Assembly: GCA_964016885.1 (NCBI GenBank)
Contig: OZ024744.1
Coordinates: 129,890,001-129,954,000, forward strand
DNA from: Eledone cirrhosa
Taxonomy: Eukaryota
DNA length: 64,000 nt
Direction: 5' to 3'
The translations under genes were made by a program, and so were the position numbers. Position 1 is the stretch's first letter. Each line of letters opens with the position of its first letter. This document shows positions 12,451-26,300 of the stretch, piece after piece. The notes under the pieces were generated by a model. That model was not told the origin of the DNA and ran no database searches. It was given only the letters and a program-made list of their open reading frames with translations.

Positions 12451-15400
12451 TTGGGGTTAAGTTAAGTTGCGGTTAAGTTAAGTTGAGGTTAAGTTAAGTT
12501 GGGGTTAAGTGAAGTTGGGGTTAAGTTAAGTTGGGGCTAAGTTAAGTTGGGGCTAAGTTAAGTTGGGGCTTAGTTAAGTTGGGGTTAAGTTAAGTTGGGG
12601 TTAAGTTAAGGTGGGGTTTAGTTAAGTTGGGGTCAACTAAAGTTGGGGTTAAGTTAAGTTGGGGTTCACTTAAGTTGGGGTTAAGTTAAGTTGGGGTTAA
12701 GTTAGATTGTTGTTAAGTTAAGTTGGGGTTAAGTTAAGTTGGGGTTAATTTAAGTTGGGGTTAATTTAAGTTGGGTCTAATTAAGTTGGGGTTAAGTTAA
12801 GTTGGGGTTAAGTTAAGTTGGGGTTAAGTTAAGTTGGGGTTAAGTTAAGTTGGGGTGAAGTTAAGTTGGGTTTACGTTAAGTTGGGGGTAAGTTAAGTTG
12901 GTGGTAAGTTAAGTTGGGGGATAGTTAAGATGGGGTTAAGTTAAGTTGGGGTTAATTTAATTTGGGGTTAAGTTAAGTTAGGGTTAAGTTAAGTTGGGGT
13001 TGAGTTAAGTCGGGGTTCAGTTAAGTTGGGGTTATGTTATGTTGGGGTTAAGTTAAGTTGGGGTTAAGTTAAGTTGGGGTTCAATTAAGTTGCGGGTAAT
13101 TTAAGTTGGGGTTAAGTTAAGTTGGGGGTACGTTAAGTTGGGGGTAAGTTAAGTTGGGGTTAAGTTAAGTTGGGGTTAAGTTAAGTCGGGGTTAATTTAA
13201 GTTGGGGTTAAGTTAAGTTGGGGTTAAGTTAAGTTGGGATTAAGTTAAGTTGGGGTTAAGTTAAGTTGGGGTTGAGTTAAGTTGGGGTTAAGTTAGATTG
13301 TTGTTATGTTATTTTGGGGTTAAGTTAAGTTGCGGTTAAGTTAAGTTGGGGTAAAGTTAAGTTGGGGTTAAGTTAAGTTGGGGTTAAGTTAAGTTGGGGT
13401 TAAGTTAAGTTGGGGTTAATTTAAGTTCGGGTTAAGTTAAGTTGGGGTTAATTTAAGTTGGGGTTAATTTAAGTTGGGGTCAAGTTAAGTTGGGGTTAAG
13501 TTAAGTTGGGGTAAAGTTAAGTTGGGGTTAAGTTAAGTTGGGGTTAAGTTAAGTTGGGGTTAAGTTGGGGTTAAGTTAAGTTAGGGTTAACTTAAGTTGG
13601 GGTTGTGTTAAGTGGTGGTTATGTTAAGTGGTGGTTATGTTAAGTTGGGGTTAAGTTAAGTTGGGGTTAAGTTAAATTGGGGTTAAGTTAAGTTGCGGTT
13701 AATTTAAGTTGGGGTTAAGTTAAGTTGGGGTTAAGTTAATTAGGGTTAAGTTAAGTTGGGGTTAAGTTAAGTTGGGGTTAAGTTAAGTTGGGGTTAAGTT
13801 AAGTTGGGATTAAGTTAAGTTGGGGTTAAGTTAAGTCGGGGTTAAGTTAAGTTAGGGTTAAGTTAAGTTGGGGTTAATTTAAGTTGGGGTTAAGTTAAGT
13901 TGAGGTTAAATTTAAGTAGGGGTTAAATTATGTTGGGGTTAAGTTGGGGATAAGTTAAGTTGGGCATAAGTTAAGTTGGGGTTAATTAAGTTGGGTTTAA
14001 GTTAAGTTGGGGTTAAGTTAAGTGGGGGTTAAGTTAAGTTGGGGTTAAGTTAAGTTGGTTAGTTAAGTTGAGTTTAAGTTAAGTTGGGCTTAATTTAAGT
14101 TGGGGTTAAGTTAAGTTGGGGTTAAGTTAAGTTGGGGTTAAGTTAAGTTGGGGTTAAGTTAAGTTGGGGTTCAGTTAAGTTGGGGTTAATTTAAGTTGGG
14201 GTTAAGTTGGGGTAAAGTTAAGTTGGGGTTAAGTTAAGTTGGGGTTAAGTTAAGTTGGGGTTAAGTTAAGTTGGGGTTAAGTTAAGTTGCGGTTAAGTTA
14301 AGTTGAGGTTAAGTTAAGTTGGGGTTAAGTTAAGTTGGGGTTAAGTTAAGTTGGGGCTAAGTTAAGTTGGGGCTAAGTTAAGTTGGGGCTAAGTTAAGTT
14401 GGGGTTAAGTTAACTTTGGGTTAAGTTAAGTTGGGTTTGAGTTAAGTTGGGGTTAATTAAGTTGGGGTTAAGTTAAGTTGGGGTTAAGTTAAGTTGGGGT
14501 TAAGTTAAGTTGGGGTTAAGTTAAGTTGCGGTTAAGTTAAGTTGATGTTAAGTTAAGTTGGGGTTAAGTTAAGTTGGGGTTAAGTTAAGTTGGGGCTAAG
14601 TTAAGTTGGGGCTTAGTTAAGTTGGGGCTAAGTTAAGTTGGGGTTAAGTTAAGGTGGGGTTCAGTTAAGTTGGGGTCAACTTAAGTTGGGGTTAAGTTAA
14701 GTTGGGGTTAAGTTAAGTTGGGGTTAAGTTAAGTTGGGGTTAAGTTAAGTTGGGGTTACGTTAAGTTGGGGGTAAGTTAAGTTGGTGGTAAGTTAAGTTG
14801 GGGGTAAGTTAAGATGGGGTTAAGTTAAGTTGGGGTTAATTTAAGTTGGGGTTAAGTTAAGTTGGGGTTAAGTTAAGTTGGGGTTAAGTTAAGTTGGGGT
14901 TAAGTTAAGTTGGGGTTAAATTAAGTTGGGGTTAAATTAAGTTGGGGTTAAGTTAAGTTGGGGTTATGTTAAGTTGGTGTTAAGTTAAGTTGGGGTTAAG
15001 TTAAGTTGGGGTTAAGTTAAGTTGGGGTTAAGTTAGGTTGGTGTTAAGTTAAGTTGGGGTTAAGTTAAGTTGGGGTTAAGTTATGTTGGGTTTAAATTAA
15101 GTTGGGGCTAAGTTAAGTTAGGGCTAAGTTAAGTTGGGGTTAAGTAAAGTTAGGGCTAAGTTAATTTGGGGTTAAGTTAAGTTGGGGTTAATTTAAGTTG
15201 GGGTTACATTAAGTTGAGGTTAAGTTAAGTTGGGGTTAAGTTAAGTTAGGGTTAATTTAAGTTGGGGTTATGTTAAGTTGGGGTTAAGTTAAGTTGGGGT
15301 TAAGTTAAGTTGGGGCTGAGTTAAGTTGGGGTTACGTTAAGTTGGGGTTAAGGTAAGTTGGGGTTAAGTTAAGTTGGGGTTAAGTTAAGTTGGGTTTAAG

Positions 15401-17350
15401 TTAAGTTGGGGTTAAGTTAAGTTGGGGTTAAATTAAGATGGGGTTAATCTAAGTTGGGGTTTAGTTAAATTGAGGTTAAGTTAAGTTGGGGTTAATTTAA
15501 GTTGGGGTTAAGCTAAGTTGGGGTTAAGTTAAATTGAGGTTAAGTTAAGTTGGGGTTAAGTTAAGTTGGGGTTAATTTAAGTTGGGGCTAAGTAAAGTTG
15601 GGGCTAAGTTAAGTGGGGGTTAAGTTAAGTTAGGGTTGAGTTAAGTTGGGGTTAAGTTAACTTTGGGTTAAGTTAAGTTGGGTTTGAGTTAAGTTGGGGT
15701 TAATTAAGTTGGGGTTAAGTTAAGTTAGGGTTAAGTTAAGTTGGGGTTAAGTTAAGTTGGGGTTAAGTTAAGTTGCGGTTAAGTTAAGTTGAGGTTAAGT
15801 TAAGTTGGGGTTAAGTTAAGTTGGGGTTAAGTTAAGTGGGGCTAAGTTAAGTTGGGGCTAAGTTAAGTTGGGGCTTAGTTAAGTTGGGGTTAAGTTAAGT
15901 TGGGGTTAAGTTAAGGTGGGGTTTAGTTAAGTTGGGGTCAACTAAAGTTGGGGTTAAGTTAAGTTGGGGTTCACTTAAGTTGGGGTTAATCTAAGTTGGG
16001 TTAAGTTAAGTTGGGGTTTATTTAAGTTGGGGTTCAGTTAATTTGGGGTTAAGTTAAGTTTGGGTTAAGTTGGGGTTAAATTAAGTTGGGGTTAAGTTAA
16101 GTTGGGGTTAAGTTACGTTGGGGTTAATTTAAGTTGGGGTTAAGTTAAGTTGCGGGTAATTTAAGTTGGGGTTAAGTTAAGTTGGGGTTAAGTTAAGTTG
16201 GGGTTAAGTTAAGTTGGGGGTAAGTTAAGTTGGGGGTAAGTTAAGTTGGGAGTAAGTTAAGTTGGGGTTAAGTTAAGTTGGGGTTAAGTTAAGTTGGGGT
16301 TAAGTTAAGTTAGGGTTAAGTTAAGTTGGGGTTGAGTTAAGTTGGGGTTAAGTTAAGTTGGGGTTATGTTAAGTTGGGGTTAAGTTAAATTGGGGTTAAT
16401 TTAACTTTGTGGTTAAGTTAAGTTGGGGTTAAGTTAAGTTGGGGTTAAGTTAAGTTGGGGTTAATTTAAGTTGCGGATAAGTTAAGTTGAGGTTAAGTTA
16501 AGTTGGGGTTAAGTTAAGTTGGGGTTAAGTTAAGTTGGGGCTAAGTTAAGTTGGGGCTAAGTTAAGTTGGGGCTTAGTTAAGTTGGGGTTAAGTTAAGTT
16601 GGGGTTAAGTTAAGGTGGGGTTTAGTTAAGTTGGGGTCAACTAAAGTTGGGGTTAAGTTAAGTTTGGGTTTATTTAAGTTGGGGTTCAGTTAATTTGGGG
16701 TTAAGTTAAGTTTGGGTTAAGTTGGGGTTAAATTAAGTTGGGGTTAAGTTAAGTTGGGGTTAATTTAAGTTGGGGTTAAGTTAAGTTGGGGTTAAGTTAA
16801 GTTGGGGTTAAGTTGAGTTGGGGTAAAGTTAAGTTGGGGTTAAGTTAAGTTGGGGGTAAGTTAAGTTGGTGTTAATTTAAGTTGGGGTTAAGTTAAGTTG
16901 GGGTTAAGTTAAGTTGGGGTTAAGTTGAGTTGGGGTAAAGTTAAGTTGGGGTTAAGTTAAGTTGGGGTTAATTTAAGTTGGGGTTAAGTTAAGTTGGGGT
17001 TAATTTAAGTTGGGGTTAATTTAAGTTGGGGTTAAGTTAAGTTGGGGTTAAGTTAAGTTGGGGTTAAGTTAAGTTGGGGGTAAGTTAAGTTGGGGTTAAG
17101 TTAAGTTGGGGTTAAGTTGGGGTTAAGTTAAGTTAGGGTTAACTTAAGTTGGGGTTAAGTTAAGTGGTGGTTATGTTAAGTGGTGGTTATGTTAACTTGG
17201 GGTTAAGTTAAGTTGGGGTTGAGTTAAATTGGGGTTAAGTTAAGTTGCGGTTAAGTTAAGTTGGGGTTAAGTTAAGTTGGGGTTAAGTTAATTAGGGTTA
17301 AGTTAAGTTGGGGTTAAGTTAAGTTGGGGTTAAGTTAAGTTGCGGTTAAG
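12000..17350 (+). repeat. Block homologous to ~34,800-40,110 (offset ~22,763-22,768), and therefore also to ~51,400-56,720
   Basis: agattgttgttatg at 13,295/36,058 (22,763). A 5-bp TTAAG loss near 13,940 follows, then ttacatt at 15,206/37,974 (22,768), with the same order of variants in between. Confidence 0.82.
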
Positions 17351-20300
17351 TTAAGTTGGCGTTAAGTTAAGTTGGGGTTAAGTTAAGTTGGGAGTAAGTT
17401 AAGTTGGGGTTAAGTTAAGTTGGGGTTAAGTTAAGTTGGGGTTAAGTTAGATTGTTGTTAAGTTAAGTTGGGGTTAATTTAAGTTGGGGTTAAGTTAAGT
17501 TGGGGTTAATTTAAGTTGGGGTTAAGTTAAGTCGGGGTTAAGTTAAGTTGGGGTTACGTTAAGTTGGGGGTAAGTTAAGTTGGTGGTAAGTTAAGTTGGG
17601 GGTAAGTTAAGTTGGGGTTAAGTTAAGTTGGAGTTAAGTTAAGTTGGGGGTAAGTTAAGTTGGGGTTAAATTAAGTTGGGGTTAAGATAAGTTGGGGTTA
17701 AGTTAAGTTGGGGTTGAGCTAAGTTGGGGTTGAGTTAATTTGGGGTTAAGTTAAGTTGGGGTTAAGTTAAGTTGGGTTTAAGTTAAGTTGGGGTTAAGTT
17801 AAGTTGGGGTTAAATTAAGTTGGGGTTAAGCTAAGTTGGGGTTAAGTTAAATTGAGGTTAAGTTAAGTTGGGGTTAATTTAAGTTGGGGTTAAGCTAAGT
17901 TGGGGTTAAGTTAAATTGAGGTTAAGTTAAGTTGGGGTTAAGTTAAGTTGGGGTTAATTTAAGTTGGGGCTAAGTAAAGTTGGGGCTAAGTTAAGTGGGG
18001 GTTAAGTTAAGTTAGGGTTGAGTTAAGTTGGGGTTAAGTTAACTTTGGGTTAAGTTAAGTTGGGTTTGAATTAAGTTGGGGTTAATTAAGTTGGGGTTAA
18101 GTTAAGTTGGGGTTAAGTTAAGTTGCGGTTAAGTTAAGTTGAGGTTAAGTTAAGTTGGGGTTAAGTGAAGTTGGGGTTAAGTTAAGTTGGGGCTAAGTTA
18201 AGTTGGGGCTAAGTTAAGTTGGGGCTTAGTTAAGTTGGGGTTAAGTTAAGTTGGGGTTAAGTTAAGGTGGGGTTTAGTTAAGTTGGGGTCAACTAAAGTT
18301 GGGGTTAAGTTAAGTTGGGGTTCACTTAAGTTGGGGTTAAGTTAAGTTGGGGTTAAGTTAGATTGTTGTTAAGTTAAGTTGGGGTTAAGTTAAGTTGGGG
18401 TTAATTTAAGTTGGGGTTAATTTAAGTTGGGTCTAATTAAGTTGGGGTTAAGTTAAGTTGGGGTTAAGTTAAGTTGGGGTTAAGTTAAGTTGGGGTTAAG
18501 TTAAGTTGGGGTTAAGTTAAGTTGGGTTTACGTTAAGTTGGGGGTAAGTTAAGTTGGTGGTAAGTTAAGTTGGGGGATAGTTAAGATGGGGTTAAGTTAA
18601 GTTGGGGTTAATTTAATTTGGGGTTAAGTTAAGTTAGGGTTAAGTTAAGTTGGGGTTGAGTTAAGTCGGGGTTCAGTTAAGTTGGGGTTATGTTATGTTG
18701 GGGTTAAGTTAAGTTGGGGTTAAGTTAAGTTGGGGTTCAATTAAGTTGCGGGTAATTTAAGTTGGGGTTAAGTTAAGTTGGGGGTACGTTAAGTTGGGGG
18801 TAAGTTAAGTTGGGGTTAAGTTAAGTTGGGGTTAAGTTAAGTCGGGGTTAATTTAAGTTGGGGTTAAGTTAAGTTGGGGTTAAGTTAAGTTGGGATTAAG
18901 TTAAGTTGGGGTTAAGTTAAGTTGGGGTTGAGTTAAGTTGGGGTTAAGTTAGATTGTTGTTATGTTATTTTGGGGTTAAGTTAAGTTGCGGTTAAGTTAA
19001 GTTGGGGTAAAGTTAAGTTGGGGTTAAGTTAAGTTGGGGTTAAGTTAAGTTGGGGTTAAGTTAAGTTGGGGTTAATTTAAGTTGGGGTTAAGTTAAGTCG
19101 GGGTTAAGTTAAGTTGGGGTTACGTTAAGTTGGGGGTAAGTTAAGTTGGTGGTAAGTTAAGTTGGGGGTAAGTTAAGATGGGGTTAAGTTAAGTTGGGGT
19201 TAATTTAATTTGGGGTTAAGTTAAGTTGGGGTTAAGTTAAGTTGGGGTTAAGTTAAGTTGGAGTTAAGTTAAGTTGGGGGTAAGTTAAGTTGGGGTTAAG
19301 TTAAGTTGGGGTTAAGATAAGTTGGGGTTAAGTTAAGTTGGGGTTGAGCTAAGTTGGGGTTGAGTTAATTTGGGGTTAAGTTAAGTTGGGGTTAAGTTAA
19401 GTTGGGTTTAAGTTAAGTTGGGGTTAAGTTAAGTTGGGGTTAAATTAAGTTGGGGTTAAGCTAAGTTGGGGTTAAGTTAAATTGAGGTTAAGTTAAGTTG
19501 GGGTTAATTTAAGTTGGGGTTAAGCTAAGTTGGGGTTAAGTTAAATTGAGGTTAAGTTAAGTTGGGGTTAATTTAAGTTGGGGCTAAGTAAAGTTGGGGC
19601 TAAGTTAAGTGGGGGTTAAGTTAAGTTAGGGTTGAGTTAAGTTGGGGTTAAGTTAACTTTGGGTTAAGTTAAGTTGGGTTTGAATTAAGTTGGGGTTAAT
19701 TAAGTTGGGGTTAAGTTAAGTTGGGGTTAAGTTAAGTTGCGGTTAAGTTAAGTTGAGGTTAAGTTAAGTTGGGGTTAAGTGAAGTTGGGGTTAAGTTAAG
19801 TTGGGGCTAAGTTAAGTTGGGGCTAAGTTAAGTTGGGGCTTAGTTAAGTTGGGGTTAAGTTAAGTTGGGGTTAAGTTAAGGTGGGGTTTAGTTAAGTTGG
19901 GGTCAACTAAAGTTGGGGTTAAGTTAAGTTGGGGTTCACTTAAGTTGGGGTTAAGTTAAGTTGGGGTTAAGTTAGATTGTTGTTAAGTTAAGTTGGGGTT
20001 AATTTAAGTTGGGGTTAATTTAAGTTGGGTCTAATTAAGTTGGGGTTAAGTTAAGTTGGGGTTAAGTTAAGTTGGGGTTAAGTTAAGTTGGGGTTAAGTT
20101 AAGTTGGGGTTAAGTTAAGTTGGGTTTGCGTTAAGTTGGGGGTAAGTTAAGTTGGTGGTAAGTTAAGTTGGGGGATAGTTAAGATGGGGTTAAGTTAAGT
20201 TGGGGTTAATTTAATTTGGGGTTAAGTTAAGTTAGGGTTAAGTTAAGTTGGGGTTGAGTTAAGTCGGGGTTCAGTTAAGTTGGGGTTATGTTATGTTGGG

Positions 20301-23300
20301 GTTAAGTTAAGTTGGGGTTAAGTTAAGTTGGGTTTCAATTAAGTTGCGGGTAATTTAAGTTGGGGTTAAGTTAAGTTGGGGGTACGTTAAGTTGGGGGTA
20401 AGTTAAGTTGGGGTTAAGTTAAGTTGGGGTTAAGTTAAGTCGGGGTTAATTTAAGTTGGGGTTAAGTTAAGTTGGGGTTAAGTTAAGTTGGGATTAAGTT
20501 AAGTTGGGGTTAAGTTAAGTTGGGGTTGAGTTAAGTTGGGGTTAAGTTAGATTGTTGTTATGTTATTTTGGGGTTAAGTTAAGTTGCGGTTAAGTTAAGT
20601 TGGGGTAAAGTTAAGTTGGGGTTAAGTTAAGTTGGGGTTAAGTTAAGTTGGGGTTAAGTTAAGTTGGGGTTAATTTAAGTTCGGGTTAAGTTAAGTTGGG
20701 GTTAATTTAAGTTGGGGTTAATTTAAGTTGGGGTCAAGTTAAGTTGGGGTTAAGTTAAGTTGGGGTAAAGTTAAGTTGGGGTTAAGTTAAGTTGGGGTTA
20801 AGTTAAGTTGGGGTTAAGTTGGGGTTAAGTTAAGTTAGGGTTAACTTAAGTTGGGGTTGTGTTAAGTGGTGGTTATGTTAAGTGGTGGTTATGTTAAGTT
20901 GGGGTTAAGTTAAGTTGGGGTTAAGTTAAATTGGGGTTAAGTTAAGTTGCGGTTAATTTAAGTTGGGGTTAAGTTAAGTTGGGGTTAAGTTAATTAGGGT
21001 TAAGTTAAGTTGGGGTTAAGTTAAGTTGGGGTTAAGTTAAGTTGGGGTTAAGTTAAGTTGGGATTAAGTTAAGTTGGGGTTAAGTTAAGTCGGGGTTAAG
21101 TTAAGTTAGGGTTAAGTTAAGTTGGGGTTAATTTAAGTTGGGGTTAAGTTAAGTTGAGGTTAAATTTAAGTAGGGGTTAAATTATGTTGGGGTTAAGTTA
21201 AGTTGGGGATAAGTTAAGTTGGGCATAAGTTAAGTTGGGGTTAATTAAGTTGGGTTTAAGTTAAGTTGGGGTTAAGTTAAGTTGGGCATAAGGTAAGTTG
21301 GGGTTAAGTTAAGTTGGGGTTAAGTTAAGTTGGGTTTAAGTTAAGTTGGGGTTAAGTTAAGTTGGGGTTAAATTAAGTTGGGGTTAATCTAAGTTGGGGT
21401 TTAGTTAAATTGAGGTTAAGTTAAGTTGGGGTTAATTTAAGTTGGGGTTAAGCTAAGTTGGGGTTAAGTTAAATTGAGGTTAAGTTAAGTTGGGGTTAAG
21501 TTAAGTTGGGGTTAATTTAAGTTGGGGCTAAGTAAAGTTGGGGCTAAGTTAAGTGGGGGTTAAGTTAAGTTAGGGTTGAGTTAAGTTGGGGTTAAGTTAA
21601 CTTTGGGTTAAGTTAAGTTGGGTTTGAGTTAAGTTGGGGTTAATTAAGTTGGGGTTAAGTTAAGTTAGGGTTAAGTTAAGTTGGGGTTAAGTTAAGTTGG
21701 GGTTAAGTTAAGTTGCGGTTAAGTTAAGTTGAGGTTAAGTTAAGTTGGGGTTAAGTTAAGTTGGGGTTAAGTTAAGTGGGGCTAAGTTAAGTTGGGGCTA
21801 AGTTAAGTTGGGGCTTAGTTAAGTTGGGGTTAAGTTAAGTTGGGGTTAAGTTAAGGTGGGGTTTAGTTAAGTTGGGGTCAACTAAAGTTGGGGTTAAGTT
21901 AAGTTGGGGTTCACTTAAGTTGGGGTTAATCTAAGTTGGGTTAAGTTAAGTTGGGGTTTATTTAAGTTGGGGTTCAGTTAATTTGGGGTTAAGTTAAGTT
22001 TGGGTTAAGTTGGGGTTAAATTAAGTTGGGGTTAAGTTAAGTTGGGGTTAAGTTACGTTGGGGTTAATTTAAGTTGGGGTTAAGTTAAGTTGCGGGTAAT
22101 TTAAGTTGGGGTTAAGTTAAGTTGGGGTTAAGTTAAGTTGGGGTTAAGTTAAGTTGGGGGTAAGTTAAGTTGGGGGTAAGTTAAGTTGGGAGTAAGTTAA
22201 GTTGGGGTTAAGTTAAGTTGGGGTTAAGTTAAGTTGGGGTTAAGTTAAGTTAGGGTTAAGTTAAGTTGGGGTTGAGTTAAGTTGGGGTTAAGTTAAGTTG
22301 GGGTTATGTTAAGTTGGGGTTAAGTTAAATTGGGGTTAATTTAACTTTGTGGTTAAGTTAAGTTGGGGTTAAGTTAAGTTGGGGTTAAGTTAAGTTGGGG
22401 TTAATTTAAGTTGCGGATAAGTTAAGTTGAGGTTAAGTTAAGTTGGGGTTAAGTTAAGTTGGGGTTAAGTTAAGTTGGGGCTAAGTTAAGTTGGGGCTAA
22501 GTTAAGTTGGGGCTTAGTTAAGTTGGGGTTAAGTTAAGTTGGGGTTAAGTTAAGGTGGGGTTTAGTTAAGTTGGGGTCAACTAAAGTTGGGGTTAAGTTA
22601 AGTTTGGGTTTATTTAAGTTGGGGTTCAGTTAATTTGGGGTTAAGTTAAGTTTGGGTTAAGTTGGGGTTAAATTAAGTTGGGGTTAAGTTAAGTTGGGGT
22701 TAATTTAAGTTGGGGTTAAGTTAAGTTGGGGTTAAGTTAAGTTGGGGTTAAGTTGAGTTGGGGTAAAGTTAAGTTGGGGTTAAGTTAAGTTGGGGGTAAG
22801 TTAAGTTGGTGTTAATTTAAGTTGGGGTTAAGTTAAGTTGGGGTTAAGTTAAGTTGGGGTTAAGTTGAGTTGGGGTAAAGTTAAGTTGGGGTTAAGTTAA
22901 GTTGGGGTTAATTTAAGTTGGGGTTAAGTTAAGTTGGGGTTAATTTAAGTTGGGGTTAATTTAAGTTGGGGTTAAGTTAAGTTGGGGTTAAGTTAAGTTG
23001 GGGTTAAGTTAAGTTGGGGGTAAGTTAAGTTGGGGTTAAGTTAAGTTGGGGTTAAGTTGGGGTTAAGTTAAGTTAGGGTTAACTTAAGTTGGGGTTAAGT
23101 TAAGTGGTGGTTATGTTAAGTGGTGGTTATGTTAACTTGGGGTTAAGTTAAGTTGGGGTTGAGTTAAATTGGGGTTAAGTTAAGTTGCGGTTAAGTTAAG
23201 TTGGGGTTAAGTTAAGTTGGGGTTAAGTTAATTAGGGTTAAGTTAAGTTGGGGTTAAGTTAAGTTGGGGTTAAGTTAAGTTGCGGTTAAGTTAAGTTGGC

Positions 23301-26300
23301 GTTAAGTTAAGTTGGGGTTAAGTTAAGTTGGGAGTAAGTTAAGTTGGGGTTAAGTTAAGTTGGGGTTAAGTTAAGTTGGGGTTAAGTTAGATTGTTGTTA
23401 AGTTAAGTTGGGGTTAATTTAAGTTGGGGTTAAGTTAAGTTGGGGTTAATTTAAGTTGGGGTTAAGTTAAGTCGGGGTTAAGTTAAGTTGGGGTTACGTT
23501 AAGTTGGGGGTAAGTTAAGTTGGTGGTAAGTTAAGTTGGGGGTAAGTTAAGTTGGGGTTAAGTTAAGTTGGAGTTAAGTTAAGTTGGGGGTAAGTTAAGT
23601 TGGGGTTAAGTTAAGTTGGGGTTAAGATAAGTTGGGGTTTAGTTAAGTTGGGGTTGAGCTAAGTTGGGGTTGAGTTAATTTGGGGTTAAGTTAAGTTGGG
23701 GTTAAGTTAAGTTGGGTTTAAGTTAAGTTGGGGTTAAGTTAAGTTGGGGTTAAATTAAGTTGGGGTTAAGCTAAGTTGGGGTTAAGTTAAATTGAGGTTA
23801 AGTTAAGTTGGGGTTAATTTAAGTTGGGGTTAAGCTAAGTTGGGGTTAAGTTAAATTGAGGTTAAGTTAAGTTGGGGTTAAGTTAAGTTGGGGTTAATTT
23901 AAGTTGGGGCTAAGTAAAGTTGGGGCTAAGTTAAGTGGGGGTTAAGTTAAGTTAGGGTTGAGTTAAGTTGGGGTTAAGTTAACTTTGGGTTAAGTTAAGT
24001 TGGGTTTGAATTAAGTTGGGGTTAATTAAGTTGGGGTTAAGTTAAGTTGGGGTTAAGTTAAGTTGCGGTTAAGTTAAGTTGAGGTTAAGTTAAGTTGGGG
24101 TTAAGTGAAGTTGGGGTTAAGTTAAGTTGGGGCTAAGTTAAGTTGGGGCTAAGTTAAGTTGGGGCTTAGTTAAGTTGGGGTTAAGTTAAGTTGGGGTTAA
24201 GTTAAGGTGGGGTTTAGTTAAGTTGGGGTCAACTAAAGTTGGGGTTAAGTTAAGTTGGGGTTCACTTAAGTTGGGGTTAAGTTAAGTTGGGGTTAAGTTA
24301 GATTGTTGTTAAGTTAAGTTGGGGTTAAGTTAAGTTGGGGTTAATTTAAGTTGGGGTTAATTTAAGTTGGGTCTAATTAAGTTGGGGTTAAGTTAAGTTG
24401 GGGTTAAGTTAAGTTGGGGTTAAGTTAAGTTGGGGTTAAGTTAAGTTGGGGTTAAGTTAAGTTGGGTTTACGTTAAGTTGGGGGTAATTTAAGTTGGTGG
24501 TAAGTTAAGTTGGGGGATAGTTAAGATGGGGTTAAGTTAAGTTGGGGTTAATTTAATTTGGGGTTAAGTTAAGTTAGGGTTAAGTTAAGTTGGGGTTGAG
24601 TTAAGTCGGGGTTCAGTTAAGTTGGGGTTATGTTATGTTGGGGTTAAGTTAAGTTGGGGTTAAGTTAAGTTGGGGTTCAATTAAGTTGCGGGTAATTTAA
24701 GTTGGGGTTAAGTTAAGTTGGGGGTACGTTAAGTTGGGGGTAAGTTAAGTTGGGGTTAAGTTAAGTTGGGGTTAAGTTAAGTCGGGGTTAATTTAAGTTG
24801 GGGTTAAGTTAAGTTGGGGTTAAGTTAAGTTGGGATTAAGTTAAGTTGGGGTTAAGTTAAGTTGGGGTTGAGTTAAGTTGGGGTTAAGTTAGATTGTTGT
24901 TATGTTATTTTGGGGTTAAGTTAAGTTGCGGTTAAGTTAAGTTGGGGTAAAGTTAAGTTGGGGTTAAGTTAAGTTGGGGTTAAGTTAAGTTGGGGTTAAG
25001 TTAAGTTGGGGTTAATTTAAGTTGGGGTTAAGTTAAGTCGGGGTTAAGTTAAGTTGGGGTTACGTTAAGTTGGGGGTAAGTTAAGTTGGTGGTAAGTTAA
25101 GTTGGGGGTAAGTTAAGATGGGGTTAAGTTAAGTTGGGGTTAATTTAATTTGGGGTTAAGTTAAGTTGGGGTTAAGTTAAGTTGGGGTTAAGTTAAGTTG
25201 GAGTTAAGTTAAGTTGGGGGTAAGTTAAGTTGGGGTTAAGTTAAGTTGGGGTTAAGATAAGTTGGGGTTAAGTTAAGTTGGGGTTGAGCTAAGTTGGGGT
25301 TGAGTTAATTTGGGGTTAAGTTAAGTTGGGGTTAAGTTAAGTTGGGTTTAAGTTAAGTTGGGGTTAAGTTAAGTTGGGGTTAAATTAAGTTGGGGTTAAG
25401 CTAAGTTGGGGTTAAGTTAAATTGAGGTTAAGTTAAGTTGGGGTTAATTTAAGTTGGGGTTAAGCTAAGTTGGGGTTAAGTTAAATTGAGGTTAAGTTAA
25501 GTTGGGGTTAAGTTAAGTTGGGGTTAATTTAAGTTGGGGCTAAGTAAAGTTGGGGCTAAGTTAAGTGGGGGTTAAGTTAAGTTAGGGTTGAGTTAAGTTG
25601 GGGTTAAGTTAACTTTGGGTTAAGTTAAGTTGGGTTTGAATTAAGTTGGGGTTAATTAAGTTGGGGTTAAGTTAAGTTGGGGTTAAGTTAAGTTGCGGTT
25701 AAGTTAAGTTGAGGTTAAGTTAAGTTGGGGTTAAGTGAAGTTGGGGTTAAGTTAAGTTGGGGCTAAGTTAAGTTGGGGCTAAGTTAAGTTGGGGCTTAGT
25801 TAAGTTGGGGTTAAGTTAAGTTGGGGTTAAGTTAAGGTGGGGTTTAGTTAAGTTGGGGTCAACTAAAGTTGGGGTTAAGTTAAGTTGGGGTTCACTTAAG
25901 TTGGGGTTAAGTTAAGTTGGGGTTAAGTTAGATTGTTGTTAAGTTAAGTTGGGGTTAAGTTAAGTTGGGGTTAATTTAAGTTGGGGTTAATTTAAGTTGG
26001 GTCTAATTAAGTTGGGGTTAAGTTAAGTTGGGGTTAAGTTAAGTTGGGGTTAAGTTAAGTTGGCGTTAAGTTAAGTTGGGGTTAAGTTAAGTTGGGTTTG
26101 CGTTAAGTTGGGGGTAAGTTAAGTTGGTGGTAAGTTAAGTTGGGGGATAGTTAAGATGGGGTTAAGTTAAGTTGGGGTTAATTTAATTTGGGGTTAAGTT
26201 AAGTTAGGGTTAAGTTAAGTTGGGGTTGAGTTAAGTCGGGGTTCAGTTAAGTTGGGGTTATGTTATGTTGGGGTTAAGTTAAGTTGGGGTTAAGTTAAGT

